Positions 44,112 to 56,782 of a stretch of DNA of 64,000 nt are shown here, one piece after another. Under the pieces are notes generated by a model. It was given only the letters and a program-made list of their open reading frames with translations, did no database searches and had not been told where the DNA came from. How positions within the stretch are numbered: position 1 is the stretch's first letter; each line of letters opens with the position of its first letter. This stretch comes from Selaginella moellendorffii. Taxonomy: Eukaryota > Plantae > Lycopodiophyta. Made by a program: the position numbers and the translations under genes. The stretch covers positions 3,164,041 through 3,228,040 of the forward strand of contig NW_003314263.1 of NCBI RefSeq assembly GCF_000143415.4, given 5' to 3'.

Positions 44112-44706
44112 TGTAAGCTCCTGAATTTGGACTTCCCGGGAGGTCACCCAGCCCAGTACTATTCAAACCCAAGGACGCTTAACTCCAACTATCCCAAGAC
44201 CCTTAACCGATTGGAAAAGGGGGTGCACTCTTATTCATGGGCCCTTTCCCTCTATATTTGAACCCCAACGGATCGTCTCTCAAGTCGTTCCCTTTGGTTG
44301 CTTACAATCCACCACGCTTCCCTGCAAGTTCACGCCCTCGTGAACGGAAGCTGAGAGCCGCAGCTCTCCCGAGAGCCTCGCTCTCTTGACACCCTACCCC
44401 TCGGGTCGAGCCCAGCGGGAGCAAGCTGGACCAGCCAGATGTCAATCAACATGTGGTGTGATTCCCCTAGCCAACCAACAGAGTCGGATCCGAGACCACT
44501 CTAATACCAAATGTAAGCTCCTGAATTTGGACTTCCCGGGAGGTCACCCAGCCCAGTACTATTCAAACCCAAGGACGCTTAACTCTAATTATCCCAAGAC
44601 CCTTAACCGATTGGAAAAGGGGGTGCACTCTTATTCATGGGCCCTTTCCCTCTATATTTGAACCCCAACGGATCGTCTCTCAAGTCGTTCCCTTTGGTTG
44701 CTTACA
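44112..44706 (-). mobile_element. Cassandra-like TRIM #2, nested in family A
   Basis: 195-bp LTRs 44112-44306 and 44512-44706 with 2 mismatches, PBS on the minus strand at ~44500-44510, TSD GCATG. 5S-like segment on minus: AGTTAAGCGTCCTTGGG...GGGTGACCTCCCGGGAAGTCC. Confidence 0.92.
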
Positions 44707-47700
44707 GCATGTTGGAAATGATGGTCTTACAAATGGCAAGTTGTGGGATGGATAGCAGTGAAGCGCTATACCATTGGATCTTGAAGGTGGTTGAAGAAGA
44801 GTGTTAGTGCAATATGGATATCTGAAGATATGGTCTTTGTGATTAAGCCTTAGATGTTCATTTTGCATTTTGCGGATGTCGGTGTTGGATGTTGGTTATA
44901 TGGGCAAAGATGTTCGATGCTTAAGCATACTATGGGTCATGAGATTTTGTGTTAAGGTGAACTTGTGTGAAGTTTTTGATAGGAGGAAGTTGGTTGAGTC
45001 TTAAAAGTTTGCATTCCTGGACTGAGAGTCATTCTTTCTCTAGGATGGAAATTTTCCACAAATTTTCTTAGACTTTTCCAATGGCTGATCTGTTGATCAC
45101 TTTGACCGAAAACCATTCCATTTTCGTAAGCCAGTACAAACTAGTGAAGGGGTTGGAGTTGACTTCAGTTAGCCTAAACCTTAGTAGGTAGTTTGTATGA
45201 TGCGACCCGAAAGGGATGTTGACTTTTGGGGCTAAGGCAATTGAGTTGGATAGAGTCTAGAGTTAGTGTAGAAAAGTGGCCATTGCGCTTTTCTAGAAAG
45301 GTGACCCTTGTGCCTTTCTTCTTTAGTGTTCTGCTTGGTGGTAGATTGCACCGAAGGATTGATATTGAATTTCATTAGTCTCAATGAAGATAGTGTTGAT
45401 GATTTGGCTATGACTTTGTGTTATTGGCATTCGTGCATTTGTTAGTTAGCAACTATGTTGACGTTCAAATGAACTAAGTGGCAAGTTTAAATTAGTTATG
45501 TTCTAGACAAGATTGTTTAGTAGAGGTTGAGATTTGAGCTTTTCCTTGAAAAGTAATTTAGTCATGGACTATGCTAGCCTTACGAGAAGAAGAGTTAGTG
45601 ATTGATATTAAAGTGATTGAATCTTTATTGGATTTGAGTTGGGATATATCGATCATTGATGATTCTTCTTATGCTTGTTATGAAGTGAATTACGTCTTGC
45701 TATAGATGGATTCATGGAGGATTGATTAGATGATCACTTGTTGAGCATAGCTTCGTTATGCTTAGCTTTTGGATTGATGTAGACATGCTCTTCATTAGCT
45801 TTGGCATTATAAAGTTTAGTTTATGGATGTGTTGAGGAGGATGTTGTGGATTATACCATGATTTTTTCTTTAGCATTGAAGTTAGTTCATGCAAAACTTA
45901 TGATCATTATTAGGCAAGACTTGGCTATAGGCTTCTTCGAGCTTTTGGTTCTTTGAATTTTATGCTCATTGTTCGATTTGTTAGAAGTTGTTGAGGAAGG
46001 CATTCTAGCTCATAGCTTCCACGTTGAAGTCAGTATTTGCATTTAGCAATCATTGGTGATGATTGACTATCATCTAGAATAGTTGATTATCCTTGTCGAA
46101 AGGTTTTGCTTGATTATTGTTGATCAAAACGATTTACTGTTCTTTGGAATGGTAGATTCTTTCTTCAACGATAATTATGCATCTCTTTATTAATGGGATG
46201 ATTGATGATCTTTCATGATAGTTGATCTCTTTGATGGCTTATAGCTTTTCGCAATACCATATATTCTTTGTGGTTTGCTTTGGATTGGTCTCTTGGGTTT
46301 TAGACATCAGTAGGATGTTGTTGACACTTGCTTAGATAAACTCTGGTTCCTTGGTATTATTGATCAAGATCTATTCAGATTGGCTTCTATGATAGTTGAC
46401 ATGAATAGGTGTTTGTTGGTCTTACCACATTCATTCTGTTCTGTTAATTATTGCTTGAGTTAGTTCTGATAGATTGGGATGTTATTTCCTTTGGGTGATA
46501 CATTCGCGAGCATTTTGCTTGCTAGTCGATGATACTTTGCGTTCTTTAAGTTATCTTTTTAGTAAGTTATTTGGCATACTATCTACCCTCTTCGGTAGTT
46601 AAGTTTCATCATTGGCTTTCCTTGATGATATACTTGCTATTGAATTTTGTTGGATAGTGATTTCTATGTTTACCAATTATGATGATCTTGGTGGTTCCTA
46701 TACTCTAATTCTGGTTTATCAGATGATAACTTATTTGGAATACTATTGTATTCTAATATAAGATTTATTCACTGATAATTAAGTCTCTACAATATCATTG
46801 TTTATGACTTTGATTATTATCCATCTGTTGATTTTTGAGTTTGGGCCAGTATAGGCAGATTGGCTTCGGCACTTCATGTGCATGGTGAAATCTCTAGTCA
46901 TGGGGTAGCTACTGTCGATTGGTCACATCACCCGCCTCTTTATCAATATTCCTTAGCGTGACTGTATAAACAACTCTAACTAGCTGTTTATAGTAGTCTA
47001 TCTAAACCTCACTAACGGGTTTGGTTTCTTTGCTCAAAAGGGTTGGGGCCTCTGGCTTCTCTCTCTATGCCACTTGTGGGCAGGGGCATATCACACTTTT
47101 GTAAGCTGGGTGACACCCAGAGCAGTAAGGGTGGCTAATTCCATTGGTCATTTCCTTGTCGACGATGGGCGAAAGGTGTCTGAGCTAGTAGTGCATCCGC
47201 GTTAGACAAAGAGGTTACCCTAACTCATTTAAGTTGGTGCATTTCTCACATAGTGTGAATACCGTGAACTTTTATTGAGTTGTTTCCTTGGTGGTATTCT
47301 AGACTCGAGTGTGCATCGACGAGGATGTCAATCTTCCCTAGGGGGGGAGAGTGTCGCGAATGTGACTTCGGGTATCGAAAGTTACCTATCAGCTAGTCCT
47401 TTCGGATATTCTTTCCTTACTGCCACGACGGCAGGAGGTCAGTATTGCTGGACCCACTATTAGTCTCCATCTAAGCTAGTTGAGAAACTGATCATCACAT
47501 GTGCATTTAGACCGGAAGGGCACTAAGGAAGGAAATCCTAAGTTGTCATTTAGTCAAGCAGACTTGACACGGTGATGAAAAACTCATGATGTTGGCTTGC
47601 ACTTGCTAGTGTTGGGAACCTCCGCAATATTGAGTTTAGTCCCTCAATATCATTAGATGATAGCTTACCATGTTTGCCAAACACCCTCGCTATCATGCTC

Positions 47701-48476
47701 TTTGTGTTAGTCTCATTTTAGTCCCAAATGTTATTTATGGAAAGTGTCTAAATTCACTCATTTGGCATATCTACGGAATGTAGAGATTGGCCTGAACACA
47801 ATGGTGTTCGTCCCGTGTCCAAATTTGCAATCTAGTGCCATTCCATATTTAGTAAGTTTCGAGCTTGTCCCAGAGACTAGCTCTTAATACTAAGGGTGGC
47901 TTGGGGTGAAAGCCCAAAACATGTGTTCCTCAAGGGGGGGTTTATGGGGGTTCCAAATGTATAGTAGGGATAGTGGGTAGGTCGGGCATGGCTGACCCAT
48001 AGTCTAGCTCCCGCTTGCGTGCCTGTTCTTGTTCTGCATCCGGCTTGAGTCTAAGCCCAAGCTCCATACTATGTTAGCTAGTGGAGTACCCATATCCTTG
48101 CGTTAGGCCACCGGTATGCCGAAATAGCGCTTGGCTCTGTTTTGCGTGCTGGTCCTGGCATTGGGATGCTGGATACTCTAGGACTGTTCCAAGTCACTCC
48201 ATGCTCCTATTCCTTTGTTCCTTGGGCTGCATACTCGGGAGTTGCTCCGTGGTCTAGTTCCGCCACTCCTTGGCTCCATGCTTAGGAGTTTAGCTCCGTA
48301 CTATCATTCAATGGCCAAAGGCCTTGAAACTCGGGTTCCGCACCACTGTCCTTGGACACATGGTATGTGACACGTGGCATGTGTCATGTGGCATAAAGAG
48401 GGTTTAGGTTTCGCTTCGTGGTGTTATCCTATGGTAAATCACCATAGGATAAAGGGTCAAAACCACGTGCGCTACA

Positions 48477-49113
48477 ATCTCGGACTCCATCTCGCATCCA
48501 TCTCGGACTCCATCTCGGGTCCATCTCGAACTCCATCTCGGGTCCATCTCAGGCTCCATCTCAGGCTCCATCTCAGGTCCATCTCGAACTCCATCTCGGA
48601 CTCCGTCTTGGACTCCACCACGTGTCATGTGATGGTCCTCTTGTGTCCCTTTTTTAGAGACTCTCTTATTACTCGCTTCATGCTCGTTCCTTGAGCACTT
48701 CGACAGGAGTTCCACTCCTGCTCTCGACTTTTCAAGTCGGAGCTTTTAGTCCAAATGTATTACACTCGTTTGGCTTTCGCTTCGGCCACTACCACATGGC
48801 ACCCTTTCGGCCCATAGACGAAGTTCGATGTCCTCATCGAACAATAATCTATTTTATAAAGTAATACTAGGATGTATTACCCTTTCCATCTTTGGCACTT
48901 AGCCAATATTTGTCAATGGTGTAACACCGAAGGTTCACCATGCATTGTTCATCCTTTAAGGAGCATAGTCTCCCCAGCTTAAAGACTCATTCGACCACTT
49001 GTGGTAGTTGTCTCCTTTTATTGGTTTAGTTCTCGCTAAACCTGTTAGAGACACCTTCTCTAACTCAATCCCACTACTCACTCTCGAGTAGTCTCAGTTT
49101 CCATCGATATAAC
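48477..49113 (-). mobile_element. Truncated family B remnant (part of 3' LTR plus 3' internal region)
   Basis: Matches the reverse complement of ~59780-60450; the LTR boundary and PPT are deleted near 48810. Confidence 0.75.
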
Positions 49114-50109
49114 CGTAAGTGACTAATTTTTCCATTTTACTTTAGTCACTTAACAACACCTCCGATCACTTGGAGGAGTCTCATTCACAACCTCCATAAG
49201 TCCCATTTAGGACTTGGGGCTTGCTAGCCCCGAGAATGACATCCATGTCACTCAACCTTTGCACTTGATCCAAGTGCTCCATGTATCTGATACCATGACC
49301 GACACCCCAAGGTACCACCGACCTCTCAGCCCGTTACGCTAAGGCCATGCCCATTTACCTTGGTCACACTGGTGGTCTAACACCACCTGCATCACAGTCC
49401 TGTCTCTCAAAGACTAGGCCATCTGTCCATGAGTGATCAACTCAGATCCACTCCTTAGCATCCTTAGGATGCCTGCAGACATGGGGAATAGCCTTCCCCA
49501 ATGTCTCCTTTCCAGTCCCCACCTAGTCCCTTCCTGTCCATGGCCGTGTTCACCAACACTGCCACTGGATCAAGGCCCACAGGCCCGACCACTAAGTCCA
49601 ACTGTCCCCTGGGACTTCCTCACTATGTGACTGTGTCCTTTGTCACCACACCAGAGGGCTACTCCTCTCCCTTTCCACAGTTTGGGACTTTGGGGCAACA
49701 TTTCGGAACACCGTGGCCCTATGTGGGCCTCGTGGGTACTCTCCTCGCCTTCTGCCCTTAGGTGCTCTAGCCATGGGCTTAGAGCGAGGTTCCGTTGAGC
49801 CACACTAGGTATCCAAGTAGGTAGTGCCACCCACACTTGGACTGGGAGCATCGGGCAGTCAATCTCCTGGGGGAACTAGAGCCGGCTCTTGAACACTTCA
49901 CCAAGCTAGCCCATTTGTCGGTCTGTGTTCACTCTAGTCTTGGACTTCCCAGTGGGCAGCCCATCACCCAACACTGGGTACAGCCTTCCTAGGCTAAACT
50001 GGCCTTTTCTAGCCAAACTGGCTCCACTGCAGTCCTCCCCCTCACTATACTTTTGGAGCTCACCAAACCCCCCAGGGTTTGGGAGACGAATGCTTTGGGC
50101 TTTCACCCT

Positions 50110-50590
50110 CTCGGACTCGGACTCGGACTTGGACTCGGACTCGGACTTGGACTCGGGCTTGGTCTCGGCCTCAGCCTTGGTCTCGGTCCCGGTCTCGGTC
50201 TCATTCACGGTCTTGGTCTCAGTCTCGGTCTCGGTTTCGGTCTCGGTCCCGGTCTCGACTTCGGACTCCATCTCGGGTCCTTCTCGGACTCCATCTCGGA
50301 CTCCATCTCGGGTCCATCTCGGACTCCATCTCGGACTCCATCTCGGTTCCATCTCGGGTCCATCTCGGGTCCACCTCGGGCTCCATCTTGGACTCCATCT
50401 TGGGTCCATCTCGGACTCCATCTCGGGTCCATCTCAGACTCCATCTCGGACTCCATCTCGGGTCCATCTCGGGTCCATCTCGGACTCCATCTCAGGTCCA
50501 TCTCGGACTCCGTCTCGGACTCCATCTAGCACTCCATCTCGGGTCCATCTCGGATCCATCTCGGACTCCATCTTAGGTCCATCTCGGACT
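50110..50590 (-). repeat. Family B LTR minisatellite
   Basis: Reverse complement of the CCGAGATGGA(GT/C) array. Confidence 0.9.
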
Positions 50591-53500
50591 CCTCCACATC
50601 ATGTGTCGGTCCTCTTGTGTCCCTTTTCTAGAGACTCACTTATCTTTCACTTTGTGCTTGTTCTTCGAGCACTTCATTGGGAGGTCCGCTCCTGCTCTTG
50701 ACCTTTCATATCGGAGCTTTTAGTATAAACGTGTTACGCTCGTTTGGTTTTTTCTTTGGCCACTACTACATATCACCCTTCCGGCTCCACTTTGGGGCCT
50801 AGGGATTTTGTGTCTCACAACTCCACCACCCATAGACGAAGTTTGATGTCCTCATCGAACGGTAAACCCTTTCATAAAGTAACACGCGCACGTGTTACCA
50901 TTTCCATCCTTAGCACACAGCCAATATTTGTCTATGGTTTGACACCAAAAGCTCACTATGCCTTCTCCATCCTGTAAAGAGCATAGTCTCTCCAACTTAG
51001 AGACTCCTTTGACCACTTGTGGTGGTTCTCTCCTTTTATTGGTTTAGTTCTTCGCTAAACTTGTTAGAGACACCTTCTCTAACCCTTGCACTTTGGAACT
51101 TTTTAATTCTGACTTCTCAAAGTCAGTTTCCTAAGTGTCTTCGACAACTTGCATTGCATATATTGTGCAACTCCACTTCCTCATCCTCTGAAGTTCTCTA
51201 CTTGAGGGCACCATCATCCTCTCTTTGATTTCATACCACCTTTAGCATTAAGTTCCAGTTATCATATTTTGTGCTAGGGCTGTCCACGGCCCTATCATTT
51301 GGCTACCTTACTGCTCCCACCCTTGGAGCTTCCACTTTCGCCAAATCGGAACAATTGGGAATCCATCCTTGGAAACACATTGCTTTTCCCACAATCCATT
51401 AGCCCCCAACACCTTTCTGTTTTTGGCCTAACTTTGCCATTTGGATTTTTTCCCATGATTCCCATAGCTCTTTACTTAGCCACAGTCTTTTGCTCCTATC
51501 CTTGATTGTTGCACTCAACAACATAGGATCGCTACCTCCATTTTCGAGGTATCATTTCGGTTCCATAGCAAAGACTCTCCTTTGCCAAGTCTGGAGGGTA
51601 TTCACCTCTAGTACATCTCTTTAGCATCTTCTACTATGTGCTCTATCCACGGCCCAACTTTGTGACCCTTCCATGGGTCTCTTATAAAGACTACTTTCCT
51701 CGGACTCACTATGCCATCGCATTGACATAGCTCATTTCCCATAGGTGTTCTTCCCACTTGGTCACCTTGACCAAGCCACACCATCATCAATAGTTCCAAT
51801 CGACACTTTGAACTTGGAACTTTATCCTTTAACCTCACAAGGACCTTCTCCTTGTTTTAGCCATAAGATCACCTAGTGATCTAACCTCGGCACCTTAATA
51901 GGTTTGCCAATAAGTACTAAGTCTCCTAGACCTTTAAGTTGTCACCTATGACCCCGGGGGCATCCCCCACACTCGACGGTGTGCCCAAGCCAGCCCTTCC
52001 AGCCAAGGGTCCATAGCAACTGAGACCGGGTGTCCCCATCTCATTCACTTCGTCCTTGGTGCCCTTAGCACTAAAGTGTTCAAGTTAGATATGCCAAGCT
52101 TTCACACTAAGCAATCTAACCATGCATCATGATTCTGAGGCATCCCTCGCTTGGTAGTGTGCCCAAACTAGTCTCCCCACTGAGAGTCCATGACCACCGA
52201 AATATGAGTGTCCTCATATTCCAAACCATCACCACACCCTAATGAGTTGGGACTCGAACCCAAGCACTAGAGGGTCGGGACTCGAACCCAACCTCCATAT
52301 ATGCATCTACGGACGGCATCACACAGGACGCCTGGCGTGACTCCCCACGCCGGTGCACCAACATATACTTAAAGTGCGCTACAGATCACAGCTTAGGAAC
52401 CTAGTTCCTCCACACTGCCAAGTCCTCTCACTTGACAAGTTTATGATCATGCATGGGCCACCCCTTTTGAAGTTGGCTCCTTCAACTAGGGTATTTGTTC
52501 CCCCGACTTGCCAATTTCACTTAGCAAGTCATCCGGCCACCGTAACATGGTTCATGCATAAGCGTGAAAGTCCTTAACCATCGACTTTCGTTCAAAGCCC
52601 TCTCTTTGAACACTTAGGAATTACTTCCCTAACATTGATAGCCTTGCCTTTTGGCAAGCTTTAAGACCACGCTTCTGCTGTGCCACTTTGATTTCGTGGG
52701 TTTTATGAACCATTTACACTTGAATTTTTAGGTACTTATCTACCTAGGGGAACCTTCAAGGAACTCTGTCCCTTAGCTTGCTAAGGCCTCTCCTTTCACA
52801 AACTTTTCATTTTCTATATGGTCTAACATGGACAATCTTATGTTTTAGACTCTCCATGGCATCCCGGTCGCTAGTAACAACATGCTCGAGCACTCGCTTG
52901 ATTCTCCACTCCCAACTTACATAACCACCCTTGGTTATGTCCATCGATTCTTATGGTTCGGTTCTATCCTTTTACTACTTGCTTTTTGGCCTCATACATT
53001 TCTTTTAGTTATTCTCCTCCAGACTAGGAGGATAGCTTTGCACTTTCTACCATGCCTTAGCAAGTATTCATAAGGATGAACGTGCCCGACAGCCTAGAGA
53101 GTGGTTCCTCAATCTGGATATGCTCACCTTGTAATCCCACACACTAGGATTAACGTTGCTACTTATGGGCCTTTATATGCCCATCTCTAACCTTGCTAAA
53201 ATCCCTCTTTGGCTTTATCCAATTCGGGTAGACAGACTTCTCCCATCTCCGCAGCCTTGGACGTTTGGATAGCACCTCTTATCCATCATTTGCTAGGGAT
53301 TTTGTCCCTTGGGCCTTATCCATTGCCCTCTCGACACCAAACACCACCTTCTGGTGTTCTAGAGTCCTAATGATGACCTCTTTGACAATGAATATCCCCT
53401 TTATGACATTGACTTATTATATCGCAACATAAATAATTTATCCCTCATAATGGTATATCTAACTTCTTTATCCCAATAAAAAGTCTTAGGTAGCCACCTT

Positions 53501-55769
53501 CTACTAGTTTAAGCAATTATTTTGCACCTTTTGCTTAATTGCCTTATAATTGTTAAGTCCTACAATTCATTGCTAGTGCTTCCACACCTCTATCATTATT
53601 TGGGTCACCACACTCTAACCACATACCTTCCAACTTAGGATATGCCATTCCTATTTCCATTGGGATTCCTTTGGAAGGGGTTCTCATGAACCTGCCAACT
53701 TGACCTCAAGGCATCACACCTTGGCACATTCGGTGTTTCCACACCATCGGCTCCACGAGCCTACCTCTATAACACTTTTTACTTGTGTTTATATCTTTGC
53801 CAAGACTAATACAGTTGTCTATTATGCCAATTATTCATTAGCATTGCACCATAGAGTTTACACACAACTTTGTGTCAAAGTTGTTATCTTTTGGGAAATT
53901 CTTTCCCATGACTTTAGTATGGCACATTCTGCCACCAATGAGATACCAACTATTCTCATATTTGGATCTTAAGATCCTCCCCATCCTTCGTAGGGCACAA
54001 TACACCTTAGTCCAAATGCTTTTTCCAATCCTTTAGGACCATTCCTTGACTCTACTTGAGTCATCCAGCATTTTTGGACTTCACTAATCTGAGGACTTAT
54101 AATGTCCCATTTTTTAGGTGCCAGCTCATTAGAATATAACTTCTTGTATTCATGTCCTACCTATAAGGACTATTCTTGCAAGTATTACTCCGACACTTGA
54201 TTATTCTTTGTTCCATATGGGGTAACTTTGCCTCTTATGATTATTTGTCCATGTGATGAGAATACCAAATTATCCTCTAAGTACACCCCAAATCCCTTGG
54301 GTTGTTCTAGCATTTACTAAGGGTAGCCCTATCTATCATTTCAAGGACTTATGTCCTCTTTCGCATTTGACCTCCCACGGTCATTAATTCTGGTTTCAAA
54401 TTCATGAGCATCAACCTCAACTATATAAGGATAATCTTGTGACTCCTTTATTGTTTTGGAGTCTCTATCTTTCCCATGATCCCAGCTATAGTTTTTTACC
54501 ACAACTACATTAACCAGTTTGCTAAGTTAAATGCTCATTTGGATCACATCCTCAACTCTTTGAGGAAAACTTTATACTGTTCCCAAGATCCCAAAGTCGT
54601 TCCCTTATTGGCCCTTTGTTATCCACCATATTGCGCACAAGTTCACGCATGAACTTGAGTGGAGAGCCATGTCCTCTCGACATGCTACTCCTTAAGGATA
54701 GGTCCATACCTAAAACCTTCCAATTCCAATACAAGTGGTGATATACTTGGCCATTAATAAGAGTCGGACTAAGGAATAGCTCCGATACCAAGTTGTAAAC
54801 GACTAAATTTTCCATTCTACTTTAGTCACTTAACCATACCTCCGACCACTTGGAGGAGTCTCACTCAGAACTTCCATAAGTCCTATTCCAGACTTGGTGC
54901 TGGCAAGCCCCGAGAATGGCATCTCTGCCACTCAACCTTTGCACTTGGTCCAAGTGCTTCATATGTCTGATCCCATGATCAACACCCCAAGGTACCACCG
55001 ACATATCAGCCCGTTATGCTGAGGCCATGCCCATTCACCTTGGTCACACCAGTGGTCCAACACCACCTGCATCACAGTTCTGTCTCTCAAAGACTGAGCC
55101 ATCCTTCCATGAGTGACCATCCCCGATCCACTCCTTTGCATCCTTAGGATGCCCCCAGATATGGGGAATAGCCTTCCCCAATATCTACCTTCCGATCCCT
55201 ACCAAGTCCCTTTCTGTTCATGGCCGTGTTCGCCAACACTGCCACTGGATCAAGGCTCACAGGCCCAACCTCTAAGTCCCCATGTTCTCTAGGACTTCCT
55301 TGTCATGTGACTGCATCCTTGGTCACTACACCAGAGGATTACTCCTCTTCCTTTCCACCATCCGGGACTCTGGGACAACATTTTGGAACACCGTGGCCAT
55401 ATGCGAGCCTCATGGGTACTCTTCCCACCTTCCGCCTTTTGGTGCTTTAGCCATGGGCTTAGAGCGAGGTTTTGTTGAGCCACGCCAAGTATCCAAGTAG
55501 GTAGTGCCACCCATACTTGGATTGGGAGCATCAGCCTGTGAGACATAAAATCCCTAGGCCCCAAAGTGGAGCTGAAAGGGTGCCACGTGGTAGTGGCTGA
55601 AACAAAAGCCAAATGAGCATAACACGTTTGGACTAAAAGCTCCAACTTAAAAAGGTCGAGAGTGGGAGTGGAACTCCCAACGAAGTGCTCGAGGAACAAG
55701 CACGAAGCAAAAGATAAGTGAGTCTCTAGAAAAGGGACACAAGAGGACCAACACATGACACGTGGAAGT

Positions 55770-56272
55770 GTCCGAGATGGAGTCCGGGATGGACCCGAGA
55801 CAGAGTCCGAGATGGACCCGAGATGGAGTCCGAGATGGACCCGAGATGGACCCGAGATGGAGTCAGAGATGGAGTCCGAGATGGATCCGAGACGGAGTCC
55901 GAGATGGACCCGAGATGGAGTTCGAGATGGACCCGAGATGGACCCGAGATGGAGTCCGAGATGGAATCCGAGGTGGACCCGAGATGGACCCGAGATGGAG
56001 TCCGAGGTGGAGTCCGAGATGGACCCGAGATGGACCCGAGATGGAGTCTGAGATGGAGTCTAAGATGGACCCGAGATGGAGTCTGAGATGGACCTGAGAT
56101 GGAGTCCAAGATGGAGTCCGAGATGGACCCGAGATGGAGTTCGAGAAGGACCCGAGATGGAGTCCGAAGTCGAGACCGAGACCGGGATCGAGACCGAGAC
56201 CAAGGCCGAGGCCGAGACCGAGATAGAGCCCAAGTCCGAGTCCGAGTCCGAGTCCGAGTTCGAGTTCGAGTC
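55770..56272 (+). repeat. Family B LTR minisatellite
   Basis: Tandem 11/12-mers followed by hexamers. Confidence 0.9.
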
Positions 56273-56782
56273 TGAGAAGGTGAAAGCCCAAAGCGTTCGT
56301 CTCCCAGACCTTGGGGGGTTTGGTGAGCTCCAAAAGTATAGTGAGGGGGAGGACTGCAGTGGAGCCAGTTTAGCCAGGAAAGGCCAGTTTGGCCCAGGAA
56401 GGCTGTACCCAGTGTTGGGTGATGAGCTGCCAACTGGGAAGTCCAAGACTAGAGTGAACACGGACGGGATTTTGGCAAGGCTAGTGATGGGCATATAATT
56501 GCCCATAAGTAGTAACGGTAATCCCAGTGTGTGGGATTACAAGGTGAGTATACCCAAATTGAGGAACCACTCCCTAGGCTGTTGGGTAGGTTCATCCCTA
56601 TGAATACTTGCCAAGGCATGGTAGAAAGTGCAAAACTATCTTCCTAGTTTGGAGGAGAATGACCAAAGGAAATGTATGAGGCCAAAAGGCAAGTAGTAAA
56701 AGGATAGAACCGAACCATAGGAATTGACAGACATGACCAAGGGTGGTTATGCAAGTTGGGAGTGGGGAATCAAGTGGGCGCT

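Larger units (their letters stand above)
40551..48476 (+). mobile_element. Family A non-autonomous LTR element, probably chimeric, hosting two nested insertions
   Basis: 5' LTR 40551-41651 followed by PBS TGGTATCAGAG. PPT AGGGGGGGAGAG precedes the 3' LTR 47352-48476. No coding ORF in the interior. Flanks GCCAG and ATCTC do not match. Confidence 0.8.

Noticed and set aside
44712-47340. gag-pol in the family A interior (likewise B interior 50820-54793)
   Set aside because: Stop-riddled in all frames with no RT, RH or IN motif recognisable; treated as non-coding.
52240-52295. tRNA gene
   Set aside because: T-arm-like motifs only; no acceptor stem, D-arm or anticodon arm.
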